Source of the DNA: Nitrosopumilus sp.
GTDB lineage: Archaea; Thermoproteota; Nitrososphaeria; Nitrososphaerales; Nitrosopumilaceae
NCBI GenBank assembly: GCA_965219345.1
Contig: OZ244732.1
Location: forward strand, 1,148,375 to 1,180,374
DNA length: 32,000 nucleotides
Reading direction: 5' to 3'
Of the stretch, positions 24,326 to 32,000 are shown in pieces. The notes under the pieces were generated by a model, which saw only the letters and a list, made by a program, of their open reading frames with translations, did not search any database and was not told the DNA's origin. The position numbers were made by a program, and so were the translations under genes. Every line of letters begins with the position of its first letter. The first letter of the stretch is position 1.

Positions 24326-25313
24326 GATGAATTTTGCATATTATGTTATAGCTATAGTTGGCGTTCTTGCTGCAATAATTTTAGGATTGATTGCTGCAGC
24401 ACCTGATGATATTATAGAACCAAGAGTAGCTTCTGTTGAAGATATTTCTGTCAATTCTTACATTCTGCCAAAAACTGCAACTGTGGGTGATATTTTACTT
24501 ATTGAAATTGAGTTTAGAGATGATGGAAAGAAAATTGTTGATCATGTAAATTATGATATAATTGCTACACAAGATGGAGATACAATTCTTTCAGAACCTG
24601 GTTCTCATAGACACCCTGGAATGCATCCAATTCATGAAACTAGTGTATTAAGCGAGTCTCCACTTGAAATTCAAGTTACTTTACAAGGTTTAGGTCATGG
24701 TGATGATATCTCAGAACCAAAGGGAGATGTAACTACTTTGACTGTTGATCCTGAAGTTGGACCAATTGCATGTACTTTGGAACATGCACCAGTTTGTGGT
24801 GTTGATGGTGAAACATATGGTAATTTGTGTATGTTAGATGCTAGTCATATTAAATTAGATTATGAAGGTGAATGTGTGATTGCACAACCAGAACCAGTTG
24901 AAGAGAAACCAACTACTTTAGCAGATAATGCAGAAGTAACAATTGGAACAGTAGAACAATCTGCGTTTGGTCAGGACTGTGTGGCAGATGGTTGTTACAC
25001 GCCAAATTCTGCAACTATTGATGTTGGTGGTGTTGTAACAATGACAAACACAGATACTACTGGAGTACATACATTCACATCCGGAACAGTTGATGGATTT
25101 ACTCCTTCTCCAAATGGTACATTTGATTCAGATATCCTATTATCGGGAGATTCATTTGAATGGATTCCAGATACTGCAGGTGAAGTTCCTTACTATTGTG
25201 TGCTTCATACTTGGATGCAAGGCACAATCATAGTACAAGAAGCAGAAGAAGAAATCATGGAAGAAGTTGAAGCAACACCAGAACCAGTTGCAGAAACATC
25301 GAACCATCAATAG
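24318..25313 (+). CDS. Membrane-anchored three-part protein: His/Met-rich domain, Kazal-like domain, C-terminal plastocyanin-like cupredoxin
   Basis: 331-aa ORF (GTG 24318 overlaps the upstream stop; ATG 24327 is the likelier start). TM YYVIAIVGVLAAIILGLIAAA. Kazal-like ACTLEHAPVCGVDGETYGNLC...GEC (24771-24875). Type-1 Cu ligand context GVHTF...YYCVLHTWMQG. Confidence 0.8.
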   Translation: MDEMNFAYYVIAIVGVLAAIILGLIAAAPDDIIEPRVASVEDISVNSYILPKTATVGDILLIEIEFRDDGKKIVDHVNYDIIATQDGDTILSEPGSHRHPGMHPIHETSVLSESPLEIQVTLQGLGHGDDISEPKGDVTTLTVDPEVGPIACTLEHAPVCGVDGETYGNLCMLDASHIKLDYEGECVIAQPEPVEEKPTTLADNAEVTIGTVEQSAFGQDCVADGCYTPNSATIDVGGVVTMTNTDTTGVHTFTSGTVDGFTPSPNGTFDSDILLSGDSFEWIPDTAGEVPYYCVLHTWMQGTIIVQEAEEEIMEEVEATPEPVAETSNHQ

Positions 25314-25398
25314 CACTAACAATATTGCATGCTTTTGACAATTTCCATCAATGTTAATGATGTTGCAGAAACATCGAATCATCAGTAGCACTAACAAT
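25287..25398 (+). repeat. 37-nt direct repeat (25287-25323 and 25362-25398, 2 mismatches) duplicating the last 8 codons, the stop and 10 nt of 3' flank of the preceding gene
   Basis: gttgcagaaacatcgaaCcatcaAtagcactaacaat vs gttgcagaaacatcgaaTcatcaGtagcactaacaat. Confidence 0.9.
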
Positions 25399-25437
25399 CT
25401 CAATTCCTAAGGCACTATCAAAGGTGTAAGAACCATT

Positions 25438-25932
25438 ATGAGTGAAGGAGGAGATAACGCGTATTATGTTAATGTCTCATCAGAATCTAAAATTCAAGCT
25501 ATTGCATGTACGATGGCTTGTATGATGTTTAATGAGAAAAAAAATAATTTAATTCCTTATTATGTTCAACCAAAAGAATATTTTGATTATAATGGGAAGC
25601 AAATGTCAACAGGATTAGAAAAAATAATCTACGTGCCACAGTATGAAATTAAAACACCTGATGAAAAACTAATGCAATCTTTGCAAATCATAAAAGAAAA
25701 TGATAATCGAATTACAAAAAGTGATTTAGCAAAAGCTGTAGATGAAAAAAATATTATTGAAATTGGTGCTAAACAAGAGAATTATGAACAAGCAAGATTC
25801 ACGAGTTTAGATAAAAATATAATTCAACCTTTAAAAGATAATTGGAAATTTATCCAAGAAAACAAAATTGGAAGAACAAGATGGGTTGAGATCACTCCTG
25901 AAGGAGGAAATGTATTAGAAATTTTAGACTAG
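25438..25932 (+). CDS. Hypothetical protein (possible C-terminal winged-helix)
   Basis: 164-aa ORF with coding-like composition and no recognised motifs. The C-terminal ...ITKSDLAKAV...KIGRTRWVEITPEGGNVLEIL looks wHTH-like by eye only. Confidence 0.55.
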   Translation: MSEGGDNAYYVNVSSESKIQAIACTMACMMFNEKKNNLIPYYVQPKEYFDYNGKQMSTGLEKIIYVPQYEIKTPDEKLMQSLQIIKENDNRITKSDLAKAVDEKNIIEIGAKQENYEQARFTSLDKNIIQPLKDNWKFIQENKIGRTRWVEITPEGGNVLEILD

Positions 25933-25944
25933 AATTAATATTCT

Positions 25945-28371
25945 TTAATTCATTCTAGAAATTTTAGAAATTTCTTCTTGTTTTGAAATCTGAAATATGT
26001 TATCTACATAGGCTTCAAGCTCTTTTTCATGAGAAACAAGCACAATTTGCTGTGATTTTAATTCATCTAGTATTTCCCTGATTTTGCCTAATTGGTTTTT
26101 AGAAAATCCATCAGTTGGTTCATCTAAAATCAGCAAGTTTGATTTTAATGATTTTGTCTCCTTTCTCATTAGAGAATTCAAAGTTAATCTATATGCTAAT
26201 GCAATGCTGGTTTTTTCCCCACCTGAAAGGTATCCAACCTCTTGTTCATATCCATCTTGAGTTACAATTGGTGTAAAACCCTCGTCAATTCTGGATTCTT
26301 TGGTGGGATCTTCAACAAGAATTGAATACCATCTATGATACGTTTCATTAAAACTCTGCAAAATTGATAATAATACCTGTTTTTCAATCTGAGATATGGT
26401 TGGAATAAAAAATTCAGTTAGCCAGTCAAAATATTCTAAAAATTTACCATGCCTCATCTTCCATTTTTGAGATTCGGCAATCTTTTCTTTATTCATTGAA
26501 ATCTTTTCCTGTTCATTTTCTAGATTTTGTTTTGATAATGCACTCACAATAGAGGCTTGGTTGATCTTTTGATTATTTTCTTTAAATTTTTGTTCAGTTG
26601 ATTTTATTTCATCATCAATGTCTACAAATCGGTTTACTTGTTTTTCAATACTCTGAATCTCTTTCTTATTTTTTACAATGTTCGCCTTAAATGATTTTAA
26701 ATCAGTTTGATACTTTGAAACTAATTTTAGAATCTTTTCTTGATTCTTTTTTGTATCTGTTATTGTTACCGAAGAATTCTCGTATTCTACTAAAGCGTCT
26801 TTAAGAGCAGAAAGATACTCTACTGGTTCACTAGATTCATACTTGAATTTCTCTGTTAGAATTTTATTTTGCATCTCTAATTCCTTAATTTTAGCCTCAA
26901 TTTGAGCAGATTTTATCGATTTTTCTTCAAATTCTTCAATTTCAGGAATCATTTGTTGATTGTCAAATATTTCAGATTTTAGTTTTTCAATTTCTTTAGA
27001 AAATTTTGTATGGTGTTTTTCTGTATCAAAAAACGTATTTACAATCTTTTTTAATTCCATGCTTAATTTATTTAGTTCTGTTTTTCGTTCACTCTCTACA
27101 CCTTTCAAATGTTCTGCTGTAATCTTTTGCTCACATACAGGACATTTTGCTCCGAGTTTTGTAAATCTGCCAATATCATTTTGTAAATTTTCTATATTTG
27201 TTTCATATTTTGTTTTTTGTATTTTTAGACTATCGATCTCTTTTTCACTTTCTTCAAATATTTTTAGAGTATTCTCCAAGGTTTTTTGTTTATCAATTGT
27301 TTCTTTTTGTATTTCTTTTTTATTTTTATCTGATACTTTTTTACTTAATTTTGAAATTGATGATGATAATTCTGAGACAATAGTTTTTGATTTTACTAAT
27401 TCATCATTGATTTTTTGAAATTTTTCAGTCTCTTTTTTGATTTGTGTAACTGTTTTTGTTGTCGGTCTTTTGATTTTATTTAATTTATTTAATTTTTCTT
27501 CAAATTCTTCAATTTCTTCTTTGGCATCATAGATATCTGTATTAGTTGATTCAATAGATGATTCATAATCTACAATTTTTTCTTCTAATTTATTTTTTAT
27601 ACTTTCAAGTTTTACTTTTTCTATGTTATGTTTTTGTAGTTGTTTTAATTTTTTGTCTACTAGAATATTTTCTGACTCTAAATCTTTTCTTTCTTTGTCT
27701 AATTGAGAAATCTCTGCATTTATCTCATCAACTAAATTCTTTGATGCTTTATTTTCTTCTTCTAATTGTCCAGTATCTCTAAATCTTTCTTCTAACCGTG
27801 CCATCTGTAGTTCTATTGATGCCGCAATATTTTCGGAATTTGTAGCTGCAACAGCATAATCTTCAATTCCAAATGCTCTTCTTATTGTCTCTAGTCGTGT
27901 TTTAGAATCTCCAAGAACTTTTTTCATCTCTTCCTGAGGTGTAAATACTGCATAACGGAAGATTCTGCTTTCAGATCGCGCGTCTCCAGGCTCATTGAAT
28001 TTGAGAATCTGAAGTACTCGTTGCTTTAGCTCTGATGGTGAGAGTAGCTCTTTTTCATCATTTGTTTTGATATACGAATTTTTTGGATCCTGATTTACTC
28101 CTGTTGATTTTCTTTTGAGTGTACGCTTTATCTCGTATTTTTGATCATCCACTGTAAACTCTAAAATCGTATAACCACTGTCTGCTTTTTTTGCAAGAAG
28201 CGATTCTGCTTTTTGTGAACCTAAACCAAATAATGCAAACTCTATTGCCATCAATACTGTAGACTTGCCAGAACCGATGTCTCCTTCAAACAAAGTAATT
28301 CCACGTGGAAACTCTATTTCTTCATGAGAGTAGCTTCGAATATTCCCTAACACAAGTGAATTAAGAATCAT
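25945..28371 (-). CDS. rad50: DNA double-strand break repair ATPase Rad50
   Basis: 808 aa. Walker A GDIGSGKST, long K/E-rich coiled coil with zinc hook KCPVCEQ, signature LSGGEKTSIALAYRL, Walker B LLILDEPTDGF, H-loop VLVSHE. Confidence 0.93.
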   Translation of the reverse strand: MILNSLVLGNIRSYSHEEIEFPRGITLFEGDIGSGKSTVLMAIEFALFGLGSQKAESLLAKKADSGYTILEFTVDDQKYEIKRTLKRKSTGVNQDPKNSYIKTNDEKELLSPSELKQRVLQILKFNEPGDARSESRIFRYAVFTPQEEMKKVLGDSKTRLETIRRAFGIEDYAVAATNSENIAASIELQMARLEERFRDTGQLEEENKASKNLVDEINAEISQLDKERKDLESENILVDKKLKQLQKHNIEKVKLESIKNKLEEKIVDYESSIESTNTDIYDAKEEIEEFEEKLNKLNKIKRPTTKTVTQIKKETEKFQKINDELVKSKTIVSELSSSISKLSKKVSDKNKKEIQKETIDKQKTLENTLKIFEESEKEIDSLKIQKTKYETNIENLQNDIGRFTKLGAKCPVCEQKITAEHLKGVESERKTELNKLSMELKKIVNTFFDTEKHHTKFSKEIEKLKSEIFDNQQMIPEIEEFEEKSIKSAQIEAKIKELEMQNKILTEKFKYESSEPVEYLSALKDALVEYENSSVTITDTKKNQEKILKLVSKYQTDLKSFKANIVKNKKEIQSIEKQVNRFVDIDDEIKSTEQKFKENNQKINQASIVSALSKQNLENEQEKISMNKEKIAESQKWKMRHGKFLEYFDWLTEFFIPTISQIEKQVLLSILQSFNETYHRWYSILVEDPTKESRIDEGFTPIVTQDGYEQEVGYLSGGEKTSIALAYRLTLNSLMRKETKSLKSNLLILDEPTDGFSKNQLGKIREILDELKSQQIVLVSHEKELEAYVDNIFQISKQEEISKISRMN

Positions 28372-29617
28372 CTAACTTTAATCCCAATACCCCTAATGCA
28401 CCTTGTTTTATTCTTGAAGCATAATCTGATTTTTTCTCATTTTCTAATGCTGGTTGCCCTAATTCTGATAGTAATTTTTTTGCAAGAGCAACTCCTGAAT
28501 CTCCAATCAGATTCTTTTGGTTGAATCGTAATTGACCAATATTTTCATCAAACACATTTGTCTCAATTTCTGTTTTATTTTTTCCTTTAGATTCAGTAAT
28601 GTTATACTCTTTGGATGTTAATTGATTCTTACTTACATTGACTATCAAAGCATTTCGTTCATTAAGGCTCTCTCGAACTATAGATATATCCACATCCGCA
28701 GTTTTACCTACAGTTAACTCACCTGCTATTTTGATTATTACAACTTTATTTTCAACATCAATGTCTTTGGTTTTTTCTAATAATTCTTGATTAATTGATT
28801 CTGCTTTTCTGTTATTGGCATCAACTTCAATTATTTCATATGCTGTATTTTCAATCTCTATCAACTCTACTGATTTTACAACATCCTCAAATTCAACCAA
28901 AACAAAACCTCTTTTTTGCCCGTTTGCATTACCCTCTAAATCTGCATGATATCCTGCAAATGGGGTTCCGGAATACACAACGTGAGAATATCCGTCAAAT
29001 GATTGATGGTTGAACTTATGCATGTGACCTCCTGCATAGTATGAAAATTCTTTAGGTAGCAAAGAAAGAGGCATTTGGTCCCCATCCATACCTGTATCCG
29101 TCTTCATATCAGAAATTCCACCATGAAACAAGAATATCTTAAAGCCTGATTCTGCCTCCAAAGAATTTCTATCTAGTTTCTCATACCATTCTCTATCTTT
29201 TCCAACCTTGAGACCTGACAAACCAGTAATTTTTGCACCTGTTTTTTCATCAACTACAAATTCCAAAGATATAGTGTTATCATCATGACTTGTAGCGTGA
29301 GTTACCTTTGTAATATATCCAATTTCTGCTAATAAATCAATTACGGAATTTGATACGGGAGAAAAATCATGACTTCCATAAACAACATACACTGGAATTC
29401 CAGCATCATGGATCTGACGAAACTTTGCAAATGCAAATTTTTGAACTCTCATCTCTGGAATATTTACATGAAACATATCGCCCGGAATTAAAATAAAATC
29501 CACGTCCCGAGAGATACATTCATCCATTGTTTTTTCAAATACTTGCCGTTCTATTTTTTGTAAGGATTCATGTTTTTGAAAACCTAGATGAATATCTGAC
29601 AAATGCGCAAATAACAA
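28361..29617 (-). CDS. mre11: DNA double-strand break repair nuclease Mre11
   Basis: 418 aa with a TTG start. Phosphoesterase motifs HLSDIHLG, PGDMFH, YGSHD, GGHMH. The 3' end overlaps the rad50 start by 11 nt. Confidence 0.92.
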   Translation of the reverse strand: MLFAHLSDIHLGFQKHESLQKIERQVFEKTMDECISRDVDFILIPGDMFHVNIPEMRVQKFAFAKFRQIHDAGIPVYVVYGSHDFSPVSNSVIDLLAEIGYITKVTHATSHDDNTISLEFVVDEKTGAKITGLSGLKVGKDREWYEKLDRNSLEAESGFKIFLFHGGISDMKTDTGMDGDQMPLSLLPKEFSYYAGGHMHKFNHQSFDGYSHVVYSGTPFAGYHADLEGNANGQKRGFVLVEFEDVVKSVELIEIENTAYEIIEVDANNRKAESINQELLEKTKDIDVENKVVIIKIAGELTVGKTADVDISIVRESLNERNALIVNVSKNQLTSKEYNITESKGKNKTEIETNVFDENIGQLRFNQKNLIGDSGVALAKKLLSELGQPALENEKKSDYASRIKQGALGVLGLKLDDS

Positions 29618-29618
29618 A

Positions 29619-31202
29619 CTAGAACACCTTTGTCTTGCCTATCTCTACCCTGATACCTTTTTCTTTTACGATATCTTCAAACAAAGGAATTTTGATTGGC
29701 ATTGCAAATGGCACAAAGATACTAGTAACTATCGCCTCTCCTTTATCTAGACTGGCAATATTTTTGTCATCTTCAGATAAATCTTGAGAAGCAGAAGATA
29801 TGATCGCATCTCTTTCTTGTTTCATCTCGTTTCCTAAAATTATTTTTGTATTCATATTTGCAAGAATTGTTTTTGGAATGACACTACTCAATTGTGTAAT
29901 TGCAGTTAGTCCAACTTTAAATTTACGTCCTTCCTTGGCAATTGTAGAATAAATATTGTCATTTCTTGATGTTAACACATCTATCCCGATAACGCGAGGT
30001 GCTTCTTCAATAACTATGGTAGCTACTGGTTTTCTATCTAATTCTCCATTGGCTTTGGCATCTTTGTATTTTTGTAATAATTTGGATGCAATGATGTTTC
30101 CAACTAGTAATTCTGCCTCATCTCCTAATCGTGATGTATCAAGGATCACAACTTTACCTTGCTCAATATCTTTTACAATGTCGTCAACTGTGGTCAAACC
30201 CTTTGTAGTTGAATCAAATACCTCATGTCTTGAGAATACAATGTCTTCCTCATCCTTTTCCAGGCTCAAAAGCAGGCGTAGTTTCCTCTGAACTACCATC
30301 ATTGTGGCTGCCGCAAAATCTCCCCTACTTTGACTTGTATTTTCCATCCCTGAAGCAACTGCATCTGTAATCATTAACTCTCGAATCCAGTTTGATCTAT
30401 GCTGTCTATGAGCCATTCTGATTGCCTGGAATTGTGGATCTGAAAAATCAATAATTCCTTCAAAGTGCTCAGGTCTGATTGATTGCAAATTAACTGTTAA
30501 TCTATTTGTACCAACTGGTGGATTTGATGGTGTATAATACATCAAATTGTCTTTGGCATGGGAATGGTCTTTTAGCCCCATTCCGGTTCGTCCAAAATAT
30601 TCGTCATGTGCATCTAAAACCAAGGCACCCACTTTGTTGGTGTCTAATACGTGCCAAAGAATAGTTTTCACTAAATTTGATTTACCACGACCAGTAGTTG
30701 CAGGAATTAACATGTGATGTGAAAATACATCTTCTGCAGGTAACCATACTTCTGCTTCTTTGATTACTTTACTTCCACTTCGAATATGTCCTACAAAGAT
30801 TGAATCTTTCTCCTTTTGTAAGAATTTCAAATCATCTTTACTGATTAATCGTAATTTGTTGAAAAACGAAGGTAATGATTTTGGAATTTTCACCTCTCCT
30901 CTCTCTTTGAATACTCGAGCAAGTGGCTTTATTCTAGCCAAAACATAATTTACAAAATCAGGTTCATAAAAGTGCGCATCAGCAACATCTTGCTCTAAAT
31001 TAACGCCTGACATCATCTGCTGCATTCTATCTTGAATTTGACTACCGTACTCCAATGCAAACACTTGTAAAATTAAAAATGAGCCATTCTCTTCTGATAC
31101 CATCAAGTCTCCAATCTCTAAATCGGTTCCAGCTTTTTGACGAATTATAATATCTCCAAAACTTCCTCCAACTACTTGGCCTACAATAGATGATTCATCC
31201 AT
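29619..31202 (-). CDS. herA: HerA bipolar DNA helicase (FtsK/HerA ATPase)
   Basis: 527 aa. Walker [11 protein letters not shown], Walker B-like TIVIEEA. Sits between nurA and mre11. Confidence 0.9.
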   Translation of the reverse strand: MDESSIVGQVVGGSFGDIIIRQKAGTDLEIGDLMVSEENGSFLILQVFALEYGSQIQDRMQQMMSGVNLEQDVADAHFYEPDFVNYVLARIKPLARVFKERGEVKIPKSLPSFFNKLRLISKDDLKFLQKEKDSIFVGHIRSGSKVIKEAEVWLPAEDVFSHHMLIPATTGRGKSNLVKTILWHVLDTNKVGALVLDAHDEYFGRTGMGLKDHSHAKDNLMYYTPSNPPVGTNRLTVNLQSIRPEHFEGIIDFSDPQFQAIRMAHRQHRSNWIRELMITDAVASGMENTSQSRGDFAAATMMVVQRKLRLLLSLEKDEEDIVFSRHEVFDSTTKGLTTVDDIVKDIEQGKVVILDTSRLGDEAELLVGNIIASKLLQKYKDAKANGELDRKPVATIVIEEAPRVIGIDVLTSRNDNIYSTIAKEGRKFKVGLTAITQLSSVIPKTILANMNTKIILGNEMKQERDAIISSASQDLSEDDKNIASLDKGEAIVTSIFVPFAMPIKIPLFEDIVKEKGIRVEIGKTKVF

Positions 31203-32000
31203 TAACTAGTCACTTCATTTAGCACATCATGTGCTGTCAAACTCGCACTATACTTTTGTAATCTCTTCCATTCTGGATGACGCATCTTTTCTGACATGAT
31301 AAATCCTTGATACATGTTCAGTTCATCACGCCTAACTTGGGCAAATCTGTCTGCATCAATTGCACCATATGGGTAGCCAAGCATGGCTACATCCTGGGAA
31401 TTCTCAACCAAACTGGCAAGTACGGAATTTAACATTTCCTTGTCCATCTTCTCAAACTGTTCTCGCAATATCTCGAATCTAAATACAAATCGTGATTTTG
31501 CATGAAGCTTTACTGCAAGTATGAATCCCTTATCCTCGGTCGATATCTCTTCAGATACTTTGACATACCATCTCTCATGTGGAACGTCTTCTGCAATCTC
31601 GGCAATCCTTGCAAGTAATGGATCCCCTGATTCTGTAATTAGTCTACTAGTTTTTGCCAATCCACAAACAATTACTCCTTTTTTAATTGCCAAATCATAT
31701 AGTCTCTTTACATATTTTATTTCATTTTTAAAATTAGTTTGTAATGAACCATCCATTACAATCATGTCTCCCTTCTCAAGTTCTGATTCAACAACATGAA
31801 TTGCTAATTGCCATTCAGCAAATCGTCTACCTAAAGAATTCAGCTTTGCACCTTGTAGAACTATGGTACTTTCAGTGCTGGATGTTAAATCTGATTCTGC
31901 CGGCAAATATTTTTTATCTTCTGCAGTATGTGGAAATAATTTTGTACTGTACATGACAGTTTTTTCCCCATCAACGGTTTTAATACTTGAAGTTACACTG
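31202..32000 (-). CDS. nurA: NurA 5'-3' nuclease. Probably 5'-truncated by the window end.
   Basis: Motifs MIVMDGSL (catalytic Asp context) and [13 protein letters not shown]. The frame stays open upstream of the listed ATG (31954) to position 32000 (..[18 protein letters not shown]..), so the true start may lie outside the window. The stop overlaps the herA ATG by 1 nt. Confidence 0.85.
   Translation of the reverse strand, partial: SVTSSIKTVDGEKTVMYSTKLFPHTAEDKKYLPAESDLTSSTESTIVLQGAKLNSLGRRFAEWQLAIHVVESELEKGDMIVMDGSLQTNFKNEIKYVKRLYDLAIKKGVIVCGLAKTSRLITESGDPLLARIAEIAEDVPHERWYVKVSEEISTEDKGFILAVKLHAKSRFVFRFEILREQFEKMDKEMLNSVLASLVENSQDVAMLGYPYGAIDADRFAQVRRDELNMYQGFIMSEKMRHPEWKRLQKYSASLTAHDVLNEVTS

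Noticed and set aside
25287-25398. Direct repeats as att sites of an integrated element
   Set aside because: Only 38 nt separate the two copies, so nothing is integrated between them now. No integrase gene is nearby.
25152-25403. 83-aa minus-strand ORF with an internal LLVLLM(I/V)RCFCN duplication
   Set aside because: It is the antisense reading of the cupredoxin gene's 3' end and of the 37-nt duplication. The internal repeat simply mirrors that duplication.
26960-27782. Plus-strand ORFs inside rad50 (26960-27418, 27198-27383, 27558-27782)
   Set aside because: They are the antisense of the K/E-rich coiled-coil region. Poly-Phe/Leu/Ile peptides are the expected mirror of AAA/GAA-rich codons.
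29956-31956. Plus-strand ORFs inside herA and nurA (29956-30291, 30760-30948, 31521-31799, 31744-31956)
   Set aside because: They are antisense to strongly supported HerA/NurA frames and have no motifs.

Overview
AT-rich archaeal chromosome segment. The gene content points to an ammonia-oxidising thaumarchaeon (Nitrosopumilus-like). That assignment is an inference from archaea-only ribosomal proteins L39e/L31e/L15e, LysW, a NurA-HerA-Mre11-Rad50 operon, a NirK-like copper enzyme, cupredoxins and a degenerate FtsZ. Most of the window is densely packed housekeeping. It holds a LysW-dependent arginine/lysine-type operon with argG (1-3916, minus), a NitT/TauT-type ABC importer plus an MFS transporter, and a two-gene (split) cobalamin methionine synthase with a MetF-like gene. 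Further along are a CoA-type Nudix hydrolase, rpl39e-rpl31e, an FtsZ-like gene, a MiaB-family methylthiotransferase, an aspartase/fumarase, nirK-like, serA and rpl15e. A DNA double-strand-break repair operon occupies 25945-32000 (minus). Two real genes under 60 codons are missing from the ORF track: lysW (2553-2720) and rpl39e (12723-12881). The argB fragment at the window edge is also missing from it. The least ordinary part is 19.9-25.9 kb, which encodes exported or membrane proteins of unknown function. Items there and nearby worth follow-up: a half-length deoxyhypusine-hydroxylase-like HEAT protein, a Kazal-like domain fused to a cupredoxin, and a Met/Glu/Thr-repeat protein. Also notable are a 120-nt element closed by a 24-bp stem between two divergent promoters, a 37-nt duplication of a gene's 3' end, and an L31e with a 135-residue tandem-repeat tail. 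No CRISPR array, rRNA, tRNA or clear mobile element was seen. Nothing here can be called a new multi-gene system with confidence; all functional proposals are hypotheses from sequence reading only.
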